DNA of 64,000 nt, taken from positions 44,392,001 to 44,456,000 of the forward strand of contig OZ024743.1 in NCBI GenBank assembly GCA_964016885.1. Reading direction: 5' to 3'. Positions within the stretch are counted from its first letter, which is position 1. Every line of letters begins with the position of its first letter. Of the stretch, positions 23,171 through 38,706 are shown piece after piece. The position numbers and the translations under genes are program-made. The DNA is from Eledone cirrhosa (Eukaryota). Under the pieces are notes generated by a model. It worked only from the letters and a program-made list of their open reading frames with translations, ran no database searches and was not told the DNA's origin.

Positions 23171-25610
23171 GAAAAACTGGAGAATAACATGGTCAACAGT
23201 AAAAAAAGGGGATTTATTTGCAGTCTAACAATTGTTTCACTGATAGAGTTGTCTAAAAGTTGCTGAACACTAAAAGCAGTTCCACTCAATTTTAAATACG
23301 ATGTTAACTCTATTAGATCATCGTAAACTGTTAAACAATATATATATGTAACCGGCAAGATTACAAATCCAAATTACATCATCAATAATAATATTAATAA
23401 TAAAGATATAGAGACAAAATGAGGAAGAAAGGGAGATAGATACAGTAAAGAAAGAAAGGAAAGGAAGGATAAAAAATAAGAAGGAAAAAGGAAAAGAGAA
23501 AGAAGAAGAAAAGGAGAAATTATTATAGATAGAAATATAAAGAGAGGAAGATATATAGAAGATGATGAGAGACCAGCATAAGTAAGAATAACGTAGGATA
23601 GAGAGAAGAATAGAGGGACAAATAGATGAATAAACGTTAATGCATGAATAAATGTAAATAAAAATAAAAACAGATATATAAAAAATATATGTAAAAATGG
23701 TAAAAATATGAAAATGTTAAATATATTTATGTGTGCATTTAGACCAACTTAATTCCATCTTATCTGTTCCATGGCCCAGATTGTACCACTTGGATCTATT
23801 ATGATATCACATTATCAACATCATTATCATTATAATTTTAATTATAGTTGTCACCTTCTATCAAAGAACAACATCAAAACCTCTTATATTTACATTTTTA
23901 TTTTATATATCCCTATTTTTCACTCTTTATCTTAATATTTCTCTCCCTAAATTTATTTCATCTCTTGTCATTTTATTTTATCATATAATATAACTTAAAA
24001 CTAATTTATAATACAGGTCGCCCACAAATAAGTACCATAACACCTAATACAAAACATAAGCATATAACATCATCACATCAGAGCACATCACAGCAGAGCA
24101 CATCACCACAATACATCAACAAACCCAATTATCAGCCCATACATAGCAACCTACAAAACCATATACAAACACCGGCGCATAGAAAAGCATCTAAATGTAA
24201 CTGCCATCTACCTGACAAATGCCCTTTACAAAACAGATGCCTAGAGACAAATATAATATACAGCATGGCCTCAGCCGGATGGCTGAAACAGGTAAAAGAG
24301 TAAAAGAGTATATGTATTATAAATTCAGGTAGCTTAGCATGGCATTACATTGGTTCCACAGCTGGGGAGTTTAAGAAAAGGTGGTACGTACATAGACACT
24401 CTATGACTAACATGAATCTCTCAAAGACAACGACTCCCGCCAATAAAATCTGACAACTTAAAGATGCAAACATGGAAATATAAAATCAGCTGGACAAAGC
24501 TATCAAAAGCAAAGGCCTATCAAATTTGTATGTCCCATTGTGGTCTCTGTAATATGGAACTTTTCCAAATTTTAAATTTCAACAAAATTGTTCTTAACAG
24601 TAAAATTGAAAAAAACAATTTTTGTCGACATAAATCGGCGACTAAATTTGAGAACTTTAGACCAGCTTAATTCCATCTTATCTGTTCCATCGCCCAGATT
24701 GCACCACTTGGATCTATTATGATATCACATTATCAAAATCATCATCATTATAATTATAATTATAATTATAGTTGTCATCACCTATCAAAGAACAACATCG
24801 AAACCTCTTATATTTACATTCTTATTTTACATATCTCTATTTTTCACTCTTCACCTTAATATTTCTCTCCCTAAATTTATTTCATCTCTGTCATTTTATT
24901 TTATCATATAATATAACTTAAAACTAATTAATTAATTTATTAATTAAAATAACCAATGCACACACAAATATATTTAACATTATCATGTTTTCACCATGTT
25001 TTCATATATATTTTATATATCTATTTTATTTTTATTTACATTTATTCATGCATTAACGTTTATTCATCTATTTGTCCCTCTATTCTTCTCTCTATCCTTC
25101 GTTATTCTTACTTATGTTTGTCTCTCATCTATATACCATCATCTTCTATATATCTTCCTCTCTTTATATTTCTATCTATAATAATTTCTCCTTTTCTTCT
25201 TCTTTCTCTTTTTCTTTTTTCTTTTTCTTTTTCTTTTTCTTTTTCTTTTTCTTTTTCTTTTTCTTTTTCTTTTTCTTTTTCTTTTTCTTTTTCCTTTTCT
25301 TTTTTGTTCCTTTCTTTTCTTTCTTTACTGTATCTGTCTCCCTTTCTTCCTCCTTTTCTCTCTATATCTTTATTATTAATATTATAATTGATGATGTAAT
25401 TTGAATTTGTAATCTTGCCGGTTACATATATATTTTTTTAACAGTTTCCGATGATCTAGTAGAGTTAACATCGTATTTAAAATTGTGTGGCATGCTTTTA
25501 GTATTCAGCAATTTTTAGACAACACTATCAGAGAAACAATTTTTAGACAGCAAATAAATCCCCTTTTTTGTACTGTTGACCATGTTATTCTCCACTTTTT
25601 CAATGTTATT
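23165..25610 (+). mobile_element. PLE 3' fragment (decayed GIY-YIG 24180-24670) with ~600-bp inverted and ~270-bp direct duplications
   Basis: CNCHLPDKCPLQNRCL, YIGSTAGEFKKRWYVH, CGLCNME, FCRH; 23165-23740 inverted vs 24955-25605; 23741-24008 equals 24659-24929. Confidence 0.8.
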
Positions 25611-25765
25611 ACTCCAAGATAAACTTACATAGGAATACAAGTGAAATCATGAACTCGTCATCTACGTAAGCCTCTTGTTGAGTCAAGCAACGCCGTATGC
25701 TAAAACTACCCATAAGAAGTATTCACAACCTCTAATTGGATTACCTATAACGATGTTTTGTTATC

Positions 25766-25823
<58 letters not shown>

Positions 25824-25914
25824 TTTTAGTATAAGTTGGTTGAATACCAACACTCAGTATGCAGATTGGAGCACTCAACGAAGTGCGCTGGTGGGTTTGG
25901 TTACTCCGGAGTAA

Positions 25915-26147
25915 TGTAAAATAAAATGAAATAAATAAGTCAAATGTTTAAAATTTGGCTTCGTTTATTACTGTTATATATATTTCTATGACAGCCATCT
26001 TTGGCTGTGACCTCTTCAGGCAGTCCGAATTAGTGTGGTAGAGACGAGTACACATGTTGTTGAGGTGTATAACTTTGTCAATACTCTGATATGCCCAGTT
26101 CCTGGTTGGGTTGTTATTTCACTGAGGAACTGGAATCATATGATCTG

Positions 26148-26150
<3 letters not shown>
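25915..26150 (-). repeat. Hammerhead-bearing pLTR-like repeat (HHR 25970-26024); copy at 61480
   Basis: minus: actgc CTGAAGA..acagcca/tggctgt..GAAA tatata TA acagt. Confidence 0.75.
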
Positions 26151-26184
<34 letters not shown>

Positions 26185-26188
<4 letters not shown>

Positions 26189-26376
26189 AACAAGTAAGAC
26201 CCCGACGGCTGAGCTCAAGCCGTTTCGACGGCTAATTCTGGACCAGAATTAGCCGTTGAAACGGCTTGAGCTCAGCCGTCGGGGTCTTACTTGTTCCTAT
26301 TACCCACTCTACTACCCTAAGTATTGAGTACTTTGGTGCGTTATGGTCCACCTGGTTCCTTACCACATTTCCTTCG

Positions 26377-26378
<2 letters not shown>
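26185..26378. mobile_element. Palindromic mini-element (5117 family)
   Basis: inverted arms centred ~26241, same tail, (TA)n both sides. Confidence 0.85.
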
Positions 26379-26433
<55 letters not shown>

Positions 26434-26511
26434 AAATTACTATATTTTGAGCTGTGCCTACCCTTCATATGGTTTTAACTCTTTATATTGTTTTGTTTTG
26501 AAAAACGATAT

Positions 26512-26581
<70 letters not shown>

Positions 26582-29500
26582 AACCTGTCAAACCATGTTA
26601 GCACCTTGGCCCTCACTAGTTTATGTTTGTGTATCCATCTGTTAACTTATATACCTATTTATGCAATACTTCAAGCGAATCCATCCTCTGAATTTTTCAG
26701 TATAACGAAATTTTCTTCAATCCCCGATGTAATAACAAACAAACTGATTTGCCTCGGTCGACCTCGTTATGAAGAATTTTTTGTTACAACGAATTTTTTG
26801 ATACCTTTGAATTTGATTATAACAGGATTTCACTATATTAAATTGGATAAATTAGGGCCTCAGTACATTAGATATAAAGAAGTTTTTGATATTATTTTAT
26901 GCGGCTTTCGTCCCAATCGATATAGTTTTTTAGTTCCATAAAAGGTTTCTTTTTATTTCCGTTGAAGTTATCTTGTAGAATACCAACATTGTTTGTGTCA
27001 CGGTTACAGGGTCTATGTTTTTGTGTGTAATGTCGGATTTATTTATGAAAATTTGTTCATAATTATAATCTAGATAAGGGATCAAATATCAGCACTTCTT
27101 GCTTTTTTTGTTGTTGTTGTCATTGTTATTCATTATATATGTATTTATTTCTTCTTCTTCTTCTTCTTCTCAGACCTTTTTATATATTTATGTTGATCGA
27201 TTGATCAGTTACTGTTCTGTGTAGGCGTGCCGCCTTTCTTTGCCAATGGTAGCGAGGTCAACATTGCCATTTACACTGTCAACGTCGATAAAGAATGTGA
27301 CAATTTCCTCCTGGTGAAACCATGTCCTCCACCAGCTTCCCCATTCTGGTCATTTCATTTGATCAAGCACGAGAAACTTCAGACGGTGGCTACTTCTGCT
27401 CTTGACTATATGACCCCATAAAACCATTAACGAGGGAATGCTACATACTACTAATCTATGCTCGAATATGTGTCGGCCATAGTTTTAATTTTCATTTTTC
27501 AGTACTTTGAAAGATGCTTAACTTTTAAGAAACTTTACTGCTTCTTTCGTTGTTTCGGGGGGGGGGGGGGGGTGTTAATGGTATTTGTATACGAAATAAA
27601 TGTATGTCTAATTATTATTCAATCTTTATAGCTGTATTATTAGTGAGATATAATTTACACATTATATATATATCAAATTCGGCATACCACTGAGGATTTC
27701 GCTGTCCACTCTCATTCTCTCATACTCACACAAATACCTCACTCAAATCAGATCCCAATAAAAAGAAATGAACATCTTCTATTAGGCTTCTATAAAAATC
27801 AGGTTTAAATGGAATTCGGAAAATATATTTTCAATTGACTTGTGAAGACATTTTATGTCAGAATTTCATTTCCTCCAATTTCTCTTGACACAAAAAATTA
27901 TATCTACGTTGTTATTTTCAACTAATCATTACCAATCAATGAACTAAATAATCTTGATCGTCATTAATCTAATTCTGATATACTGATAGCATTTCCCTCA
28001 CTTTAGATATGAATCTTTACGAACATTATCCATAGAAAATGCAATTATCAATGAATTTGATGTAAAATTAACACACATTCAACAGTATATAAAGCCAATT
28101 TGGAAAACTAAGTTAATTCTTTTTTACGAGGAAATCATTTATTTATGAAATATATTCTTTTTGAAATATATTCTTAACTTACTAATTGCACTTATTTACT
28201 TAATCACGCATCTAATATTATCTGCTAATTTCATATTATGAAGAATTCAATCTTTTGTTTATTTCTTTAATCAGTTATATGCGGAAAATTATATTTTAAT
28301 TTATTTATATAATCATTTCCACGTGTGGCACTATATCTAGTAATATCTATAACATTTTAAGATTTCTCATACAATCTAGCAGTGACAGCCGAGATGACTG
28401 CATTGTATTGTTTCTAAACTTCTATCGTTTCTTAATGCCTTAGTTGGCTCAAATGTAATGGACTGCATTTTAGGATCAACATTTAAGTAATTTCTTTCAT
28501 ATATACTAAGTTTAATGTCATCGGTGTATCAATACTTGATTGAAAGCATTAAAATAAGGCATTCTAGTTTGGGCACAAGGCGAGAAATTTGGATGTAATG
28601 TGAAAATGCGAAGTACATCAACCACTGTACGTGACTTGTACATTATTGTATCAACATTGGAAGAATGAAATGCAAAGTTGATCTCGGTATGATAGGAACT
28701 CGAGACGTAAAAGAAAACACTTCAGTCGTTTTAGTGGATGGTCTAACGATTCCGGGAATTAAGCGCCGCGAGGGAAGTAAATTTGTAGCTTTCAGTTTAG
28801 GAACAATACCAGCCATCTTGGGGAGAAGAGAACGTCCATTGAATATGCCCAATACTTGAAGGTTACATATTTTATCGAAACCAAATTTATTCTTAGTATT
28901 ATTTAATTTAAGCATTTTGTGCGATGCCCTAACTATTCTGCCAATCTACCGTCCTAAACCAGTAAAATAATATGAGTAAAAATATTATAGTCACCATAGC
29001 ACGCTGGTTACAGCGTATTTTGACAAGTAGTGTGGTTCAATGCAAAAGTTAAATTAACAGAATACAGTTATGTTAAAAAAATCACTAGAGATTGAGATGA
29101 AAATTATAAAGTATATAAAAGATCAGATGTATTATTTTCTTGTTATAATTCACACTCACCAGCTAAACAAATTTATCTGCATTCGATATAAGCATTCTGT
29201 ATATTTCTGCAAAGTTACAATAGACCAATAAATCAAATGTCATATCAAGGATATTTCAGTATATATACATCATAATATTTCCGAAATGTATAACGTATAC
29301 TGTGTATTTATGAATTAGTCTGATTTTCAAAGTAGGCGGCCATATTGTTTCAAATAAATCTCTATATATTTTAACAAAGACAGTGTGAAATAGATATTTG
29401 AGCAGTTTAAAGCTTACGCAACATTTCATCTATTACATCCAGTACTTATCGATTTCGTGGCTTGTCATCATTTCTTTCCTTGCACCGCTGCCATCTTGTC

Positions 29501-30679
29501 ACTGAAACATTTTCAGAACTATTCATTGAAAATTAATTAATAGGAATTGTTGTTTTTAAATATTTTATAATTTAATATGTCACCGATTTTCTATGAGCAT
29601 GTAAGGTACTGGCATGTCTACAACTATGAATTGCAGAAAAAAAAATTATTTTAATACTCAACAAAATCGGAATCACAGTATTTGAATATATATTTCGAAA
29701 GAATTAAATTAAAAAAGGCATCAATATCTATTTATAATTTGGGATTTATACATTTTTAAAGGGACTATATGTATGTAGGAATTATGTATTGATTGAAGGT
29801 ATGGAACGAATTACATTCAGCAGAAAAAGATCCACACCCACAAAAACCGTACACAAAGACACGTACACACACACACACACATATATATATATATTTATTT
29901 ATATCAAATTAAGAACCGAAATTAAAGACTCACATTAAACCCTTGTAATTTAATGAGCTCAAGGAATAGACTCGGGCTCTTTATAAGACAGTATATAGAG
30001 AAAAGTACACAAAGATATATGTGTTCAATTATAGGGGACACACGACAACCAGAGTGAAAATCATATCATCGACGAACAGAATCGAAAATACACAAGAATT
30101 AAAAGGATAAATTAAAGTGTACGGACCATTGTTTATGACTATATCTCCAGGACACGCTGAAAGCATGTTTCGCCACAAATTAAGTGTAGAGTTATACCGC
30201 TGATGGATTATCAACGGGAAGACAAACGATATGATCTACACGTTTAAACATATATTAGACGAATGGCAATACCGCATGATGTAGACAAGAAAAACCGTGC
30301 GCTATAACTCACATGTGAATGGTGTGAATGGACAAGAAGATCGCTAAGAATAGCAGCCGAAAATGGTTCAGTTTAAAAGGTTCAACTTACATATAGAACT
30401 GAAATAGGAGCCGAAATATCAAATTAGAAAAAAGGAGTTAAGGACTCACATTAACCGCCTATAATTTAATGAGCTCATGGTAGTTTAAATCACGATATAG
30501 CATAAAAAGGGTATTTACGTTTAAATCACGATATAGCATAAAAAGGGTATTTACACTAGCCCTTCATCAGAAAATAGAATGAGAAATAAAATTTGAAATT
30601 GAAAAATAGAGAGTGAGATGAAGAAGCAGCAATTTTGAAGAAACATTTATCAGTGGATACTTTAGGTGTTAGAGACCCT

Positions 30680-30715
<36 letters not shown>

Positions 30716-30864
30716 CGCACACACACACACACAACACATATGTAAATATATTAGTTATTGTAAATATGTAAATATAAACATTTTAAAATGTGTATATACA
30801 TATATACATTTTTAATACGTCGACATTGGTGGAAACTATAAGCGGCTTGTTACATTTAATAATT

Positions 30865-31048
30865 CTTTCTACTTGGCACAAGGTCAGCAATTATCCCAGT
30901 GCATTACTGGTACTTTACCTTATCGACCCCGTAAGGATGAAAGGCAAATTTAACCTCGGCGGGATTTGAACGCAGATCATAAAGGGACGTAACTCTATGC
31001 TTCAAAGCATGGTGTCCGACTATCTACCGATACTGCCAATCCACTGCC
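30865..31048 (-). mobile_element. SINE family A
   Basis: reverse complement of the 5992 copy. Confidence 0.88.
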
Positions 31049-31329
31049 CATGTCGTTTTCTTTCGGTTTTGTATTTCCCTTACAGACCTTTCTGTCTCGA
31101 GCTTCTTTCTCACCCGCGCGATGAGCAATGCATTGTGGGGTTTTGGTTTGTGTTATCTCTCGTCGTTGTCTTTCAATTTGCTATTTTAATGACAATCGAT
31201 AGCAACTCATGAATATCATCGCAGCAACTTTGCTATTGTAGTCGACTGTATCATTTTCTGCCATCAATATATTTACATGTACCGTAAGTGCTCCCTTCCA
31301 CGGCACGGAAGCAAAAGTACTGTCCCCAG

Positions 31330-31770
31330 ATGGTGGAAAGGACTACTTAAAACTGGGGGCGAGTGTTCTTCAAGGAGATACACTAGCTTCGTTTCTATTC
31401 ATATTAACACTCGACTATGCGAAGAGACAAGCTATATATCATGCTCATCAAACAGAATTCACAAGAACATCTTCGACTTAGCACTAGACAAACTGAAATA
31501 ATAATCTCTGATACTGACTTGCAGATACCACACCCTTATCGGACATCTGCGAATAAGCACAGCTGTTGTTACAAAGGAATGTGTCGTGGAAACATAAGTG
31601 AGAAGAAGATGGAATATATTGCATACAACCAGAAAGAAACAAGGTGATATTGTGTCACAAAATGGAGGTAACCTAAAATGTTGATAATTTTAGTATCTTG
31701 GTATGTGGATCAACACCTCAGAAAAAGACATGACTCCTAGAATTAGCTTAGGTTGGACAATTGCAAAAAA
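31330..31770 (+). pseudogene. Highly decayed RTE RT fragment
   Basis: VLQGDTLASFLFILTLDY, F.YLG motifs; parallels 49890-50330. Confidence 0.6.
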
Positions 31771-31975
31771 TTGATTAAAGGTGTGTATCATTTGTTTTCA
31801 ATATACAGGAAGATTCATATTTCTGGCCTGTTCACATGTCTAAATAATAAATATGTGTATATTTATATGCGCCTGTCTACTGTCTCGGTTAGCCGCACTG
31901 TATAGAGTACGCACATGTTGGTATTTAATTAACGGGCTTATCATACACTTCGTCGTCTGCTTAACAAACTTCCTA

Positions 31976-32021
<46 letters not shown>

Positions 32022-32029
32022 TTTTTTTT

Positions 32030-32170
32030 TTTAATATAGATGAGATTCTACAGGACTAGAACTGTTTACTTCTTTAGAAATCATCAGGAATCTGGGTATC
32101 AACAAATAAATATGGTATTTATAGGTCTCTTCAGGTGGAAGGAGAGGGCGGGGAGTGGGATGGGTAGAGG
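32030..32170 (-). repeat. Hammerhead pLTR-like repeat (mutated HHR 32043-32092); copy at 53270-53410
   Basis: reverse complement of 53270-53410. Confidence 0.75.
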
Positions 32171-32537
32171 ACATAGATTGATAGAAAATGGAAGCTATAA
32201 TATATATTTAGAGTAACAAAGGCGGAAAGAATTCTATAAACACGTTCAGAATGGGGTGCCACTCCGAATTTTTAAGTTTCTCTTAAGCTAACAATGACTA
32301 TATTTCCGGTGTCTATAAGATCGTTGGGGGTCGGTCATGGATGATGGATTTAAAGAAAAGGGAAATTCTTTAAAAGCTAATTATTTAAAGTTCTACTTAG
32401 AGTGACAAAGGCCTAGATAATTCTATAGACCAGTTCAAAATATTGAGTACCTATCATACAATTACCTTCAAGTTTCCCTTAAGCTATATTCCAGGTGTCA
32501 ACAGACACATTCACAAACACACACACACACACGCACC

Positions 32538-32617
<80 letters not shown>

Positions 32618-32620
<3 letters not shown>

Positions 32621-33600
32621 GTAAAAATGAAACTAAATTTCATTTCCCACTCTTAGTACGGCTGTTACTTAAATATAAGTATGTACACGTACATACATAT
32701 ATGTATACAGACGTAAAGTAGTATTTATATATATATATACATACATGCACACATATATATATATATATATATATATGTACGTATGGATTCCCAGAACATT
32801 TATTATAATGCTCGGTGTGTTTGTAAACAAACATCCCGTATTAAGCCGTAGTGTCTAGCAACCATCGTTGCTCGTTTGTTCAACACTGACAAAGGAACGC
32901 TGTACTAGTTTCAAGCTTATTAGCTATCGGCAGCAACGTATACCTTCCTGCCAGATTGTTGAACGTATATACTTACCTTATGCATATTAATGGCTGAGTA
33001 GCCCAATTTGCATATCGAGTGGGTTAATCGGCCGGGTGCACCGAACACGATAAACACAGCGAGCATTATAATAAATGTTCGGTGAATCCATACGTACATA
33101 TATATGTGTGTGCATGTATGTATATATATATACATACTACTATACGTCTGTATACATATATGTATGTACGTGTACATTCTTATATTTAAGTAACAGCCGT
33201 ACTAAGAGTGGGAAATGAAATTTGATTTCATTTTTTCCGTTTAACGTTTTCGGTGCACCCGGCCGATTAACCCACTCGATATGCAAATTGGGCTACTCAG
33301 CCGTTAATATACATAATGTAAGTATATACGTTCAACAATCTGGCAGGAAGGTATACGTTGCTGACGATAGCTAATACGCTTGGAACTAGTACAGCGTTCC
33401 TTTGTCAGTGTTGAACAAACGAGCAACGATGGTTGCTAGACACTACGGCTTAATACGGGATGTTTGTTTACAAACACACCGAGCATTATAATAAATGTTC
33501 GGTGAATCTATACGTACATATATATGTGTGAGCATATATGTGTATATATATACATACTACTGTACGTCTGTATACATATATGTATGTACGTGTACATACT
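32618..33600. repeat. Multiply inverted hammerhead repeat (HHRs ~32897-32939 -, ~33355-33396 +, each with one core mutation)
   Basis: 32776-33045 inverted at 33249-33520; same family as 55670-56408. Confidence 0.85.
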
Positions 33601-33673
<73 letters not shown>

Positions 33674-33757
33674 ATAAACACACATATATATACATACGCA
33701 TACGCACACATATACACACAGACACATACAAATATACACACATACATATACACACAT

Positions 33758-33822
<65 letters not shown>

Positions 33823-35009
33823 CCCAAATATATATATATACATACACAAATATATATATATACATATACACACACACACATATACATATATATATATATA
33901 TATTGGTAAACGGAATAGAAAATGCTGACAAATTGTTCACAGTTTAAAAATGGTTTAATTAGGAATAAAACAGTATTAGTAATTGTATGGGTTAGTATTC
34001 AGTTGTGGTTTTAAGTTTTTAAGTTGTTACCGGTTGCGCATTTCTAAATGCTTTTCAAAAATAATTTTGAGATAGAGTGTCCGTGTTGTTTGCTCTGATC
34101 TGATTAGTTTTGGGAATTCTACTTGTTTTTATGTTAAAAAAGTGGCTCCAGCGCTACTTTGGTGTTGCAAAAATTCTTGTGGTCAAAAGAATGTTGATTG
34201 GTCGGTAGAGCTCATGTGAATGTAAAAAATTGATTTTGCGCCAAAACTGTTTTTATGTTAAAAAAGTGGCTCCAGCGCTACTTGGTGTTTGCAAAAATTC
34301 TTGTGGTCAAAACAATTTTGATTGGTCGGTAGTGGTCATGTGAATAATCGACTTTTCAAACGGATTACACCTCCAATAACCCGTTCATAAAAATAGGAAA
34401 ACCCATAACTGAACCGCACAACAACTTCTCAAACCCCCAAGCCTCTAACAAACGAAGAAGGAAGCACCAAACCGAAGATGAACTTCCCAACCTCGCTACC
34501 ATAAGAAGAAACAAAAACCCAAGAAACATCATCATCTCCCCCAGAATGACATTTACAACTTTCCCCCTTCAAGGAGACACCATACCAAATCACTCAACTA
34601 CTACGCGGATGCCTCATCGTCAAACATAGGGAAAAGATACCACCACCATGATAGATGTAACAACTTCCCCGCTTCAAGGGGACAGCAAGGTAATTACCAT
34701 TTTCTCAACCCTCGCTTCCACAATACACAACAAACCCACACCACACGATACAACCAACAACGTAGGCCACTTATAACACCACAATACAACATGGCACATA
34801 GAAACACACACCCATACTCGCAGTACAGGAACACCCCATTCAATCCACAACCACCAACCCGAACCAGATTTTACAACAACAAGGAATATAACAAACACAG
34901 GAGACCACTTAACATCAACAGACAACCCCTCTACCCCAACCAGTTTTTAGACACAGCACACAGATACAGGCAAACAAAATAAACACAAGACAGGGAGGAG
35001 AAACCGATA

Positions 35010-37266
35010 GTAATAACAATTATCAACCTTACTAGTGTAGAACCAACACCCAACCTTATCAACTTACTCTCCAAAGGTCTTAAATTCACACCGACCCCAC
35101 TACGTCCTAACTACTATGAAATGAAGGAAGACATCACAGACTTCTGTAGAAAGTTACGACTTAGTGAACAACTATTCGACCAGTACAATGAGGATGAATC
35201 ATTAGCCAGAAATAGAAGCAATTACACCCTTTCAAAAGGTAGAAATAAAATCCTGGACGAATTCTGTGAACACATCACAAACTTCCCTTACCAACACTTG
35301 CACAGACAAAAACACAAGCCAAACTTCAACAAGAAAGAATGGGAAGAATTAAATAGATTAAAAACCGACAGAACCATTACAATTAAAGAGGCTGATAAAG
35401 GGAGTACAGTAGTCCTAATGGAGACAGAATTCTATATCATTTAGCGCTCTCCACTTTGGAAAACGAAACATACTACGAAAAGGCTGAACACTACAATCAA
35501 CAGAAAATTATGAGAAACCTAAAAACTCTAATCAACCAATACAAAGAAGGGCTCACTAACAAGGAATTCAGCTTCATCACAGACTTCACAAGTAAATCCA
35601 GCCTTTTCTACGGTATCCCTAAAGTACATAAAAGCGAATCAATAAGTAAGGCATGCAAGGAAGCCACAGACATAGTCATCAATGTCCCCTCACCCAATGA
35701 TCTCAAATTAAGACCTATAATAGCAGGTCCCGCTTGCGAAACCCACCGTCTTAGCAACTTCATTGATACCCTTCTCAAACTCTTCCTCAAACACATCAAA
35801 AGCTATATAAGGGACGACCTAGATATGCTCAATCACCTCCCTAATATGCCACTTCCTGAACAAACAATACTAGTGACGTTCGATGTAGTCAACCTATACT
35901 CCAACATCCCCCACAACCTAGGAATAGAAGCTATCCAATTCTGGCTGGATAATTTCCACAATGAACTCCCACAAGGCATCAAAAAAAATTCGTGATAGAG
36001 GGACTCAAATTTATCTTGGAGAACAATTACTTCGTTTTCAATAACAAACCCTACAGGCAGAAATGTGGGACCGCTATGGGAACGAAAACAGCCCCCACTT
36101 ATGCCAACCTAGTCATGGGATACCTGGAAATCACCCTCTACACTAAAGTCCTAAACAAATTTGGAAACACCCTCCACTTACACATTGAAAGGAACTGGAA
36201 GCGATATCTAGATGACTGCTTCATCCTTTGGCACGAAAACATCGAAAAACTTAAAGAACTTCACACCCTTATAAATGGACTCAACACGAATATTAACTTC
36301 ACGGTGGAATACAGCCATCAACAACTCCCCTTCCTCGACATCCTCATTAAGATCCATAACACAAAAATAGAAACAGACATATACTACAAGCCCACAGACT
36401 CCAAGCAATATCTCCCTTTCAACTCTTGCCACCCTAGACACGTTAAAATTAATATTCCCTACAACTTAGCCAAGAGAATCTGTACTATAGTCTCCAATAA
36501 AAACATCTGCTACTTACGGCTACAAGAACTAAAGGTCACACTCATAGGCAAGGACTACCCTGCATCACTAATTGACAATGGAATCCAACGTGCCCTAAAA
36601 CTCAGTACCCATGACCTTAGACACCCTAAAGTAAATCAACCGAAACTAAAAGTTCTTCCATACATCTCCACACACAACCCCCTCAACAATGAGGCCTTTG
36701 ACATCATCCTCCAGAACATCCCTGTGTTGAAAAAGGACCATAGAATGAACCAAATCCTACGAACACACGATATCATAAAGAGCAAAAGACAATCCAAGTC
36801 AAAGAAAAACATCCTAACACATGCCAAAGTACTGCCAACCACAACAACGAAACCCACAGTAACAAAATGCGATAGACCCAACTGTGGCATTTGCATTAAC
36901 CTAATAGAGGGTTCGGAATTCTATTTCAAAGAAGGACAACGTTTTATAGTAAAACACAATTTCACATGTGCATCGGAAAATCTAATATATGTATTAACTT
37001 GCTCAGGTTGTCGAGAACAATACATAGGCCAGACCAAACACAGCCTCCGCCAACGCATGACTGTCCATAGATCCCAAATTAAAATACGGGAATACAGGAA
37101 AATACCACTGAGTGAACACATTGATACCTGTTCCGCACAAAATCATCCCAACTTCAGAATCTTTCCCCTCTACAAATTTGAAGATAATGCCACCCACACC
37201 CAGCGCATCAGCAAGGAATCTTACTTCATTAATAAATACGGACCCCGTCTAAACACTTCTCCCTAA
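35010..37266 (+). pseudogene. PLE RT + Zn-finger linker + GIY-YIG (frameshifts ~35440, ~35990)
   Basis: LLSKGLKFTPTP, DFCRKLRL, ADKG, FYGIPKVHK, LRPIIAG, FDVVNLY, GTAMGT, RYLDD, CDRPNCGIC, LIYVLTCSGCREQYIGQT. Confidence 0.92.
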
Positions 37267-37385
37267 GACGAACCCACAACATACACACGTCAAAATACAT
37301 ACCTACATCAGCACACATCTCTACCCACATATAAACACAATGACATACGTAAACACACATGCTCTATGGTGCAACACAAAAAAAA

Positions 37386-37458
<73 letters not shown>

Positions 37459-38267
37459 ATATATGTATGTGTATATATATATATAGTGAATATCATTTCA
37501 CACCTTTTATTGTTAAGATTTTTGATGTTCTATTAAGAGAACCGATTTTACTGAAAAAATCGAATAATGTACACCATTTTACCAGGGGGAAAATTACTGG
37601 TCCACCCCCCCCCCCCCCCACACACACATATACACACACACACATACACACGTGTACATTAACATACAAAGAGACTTATACACACACACACACGCACTTC
37701 TCCGTATAAGAGAAAAGCTGAAAAATATCTTTTGACATGCTAAAATACCCCCCATTGCTTACAGACACATTCTTACTGACCATCCCTGCTACCACGAATT
37801 ACTCTGCTATATACACACACACACACACCTACACACACTTATCTTAATAGCCATTTGACACATATCCCTGCTAACCATTATCACAACATCTAACACCATA
37901 CTACTACTACACACACACACACACACACACATATTTGTTGTGAAAGAGTCATTTCTCAATCTTGGCGCAAAACCAATTTTTTATTCACATGACCTGTACC
38001 GACCAATCAAAATTGTTTTGACCACAAGAATTTTTGCAAACACCAAGTAGCGCTGGAGCCACTTTTTTTTATATAAAAACAGTTTTGGTGCAAAATCAAT
38101 GTTTTACATTCACATGAGCTCTACCGACCAATCAAAATTGTTTTGACCACAAGAATTTTTGCAACACCAAAGTAGCGCTGGAGCCACTTTTTTAACATAA
38201 AAACAGGTAGAATTCCCAAAACTAATCAGATCAGAGCAAACAACACGGACACTCTATCTCAAAATAA

Positions 38268-38304
38268 TTTTTGAAAAGCATTTAGAAATGCGCAACCGGT
38301 AAAA
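38268..38304 (+). ncRNA. Minimal hammerhead-like motif, U3-A8 core and GCAA in place of GAAA (copy ~34025-34061 -)
   Basis: ttt TTGAAAA gcattt-ag-aaatgc GCAA ccgg TA aaa. Confidence 0.55.
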
Positions 38305-38461
38305 ACTTAAAAACTTAAAACCACAACTGAATACTAACCCATACAATTACTAATACTGTTTTATTCCTAATTAAACCATTTTTAAACTGTGAACAATTTG
38401 TCAGCATTTTCTATTCCGTTTACCAATATATAATAACTTGTGTGTTACACCTCTATTCTTT

Positions 38462-38564
<103 letters not shown>

Positions 38565-38706
38565 GTACGTCAATACTCATCGTTTTCCATTTATCTGAGG
38601 GTTCTAAACCCCGCTATCAAGCTAAAATTCCTTTAGTTAAAAATACGGTGAAAGCTATATATTTTCTACTTTCAAACTCGCTCACCGTTTCAAAAACATA
38701 CTTACT

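Noticed and set aside
25441-25490. Hammerhead in the 23165-25610 PLE end (ccgatga..gttaac)
   Set aside because: Core too degenerate in both copies; no GAAA
27150-27421. Exon-like patch after a (CTT)n-CAG acceptor-like site
   Set aside because: No recognisable protein; could equally be an old LINE tail
29430-29510. Possible first coding exon on minus (tttcag..aagATGGCAGCG)
   Set aside because: The frame stops after 8 codons (MAAVQGKK*)
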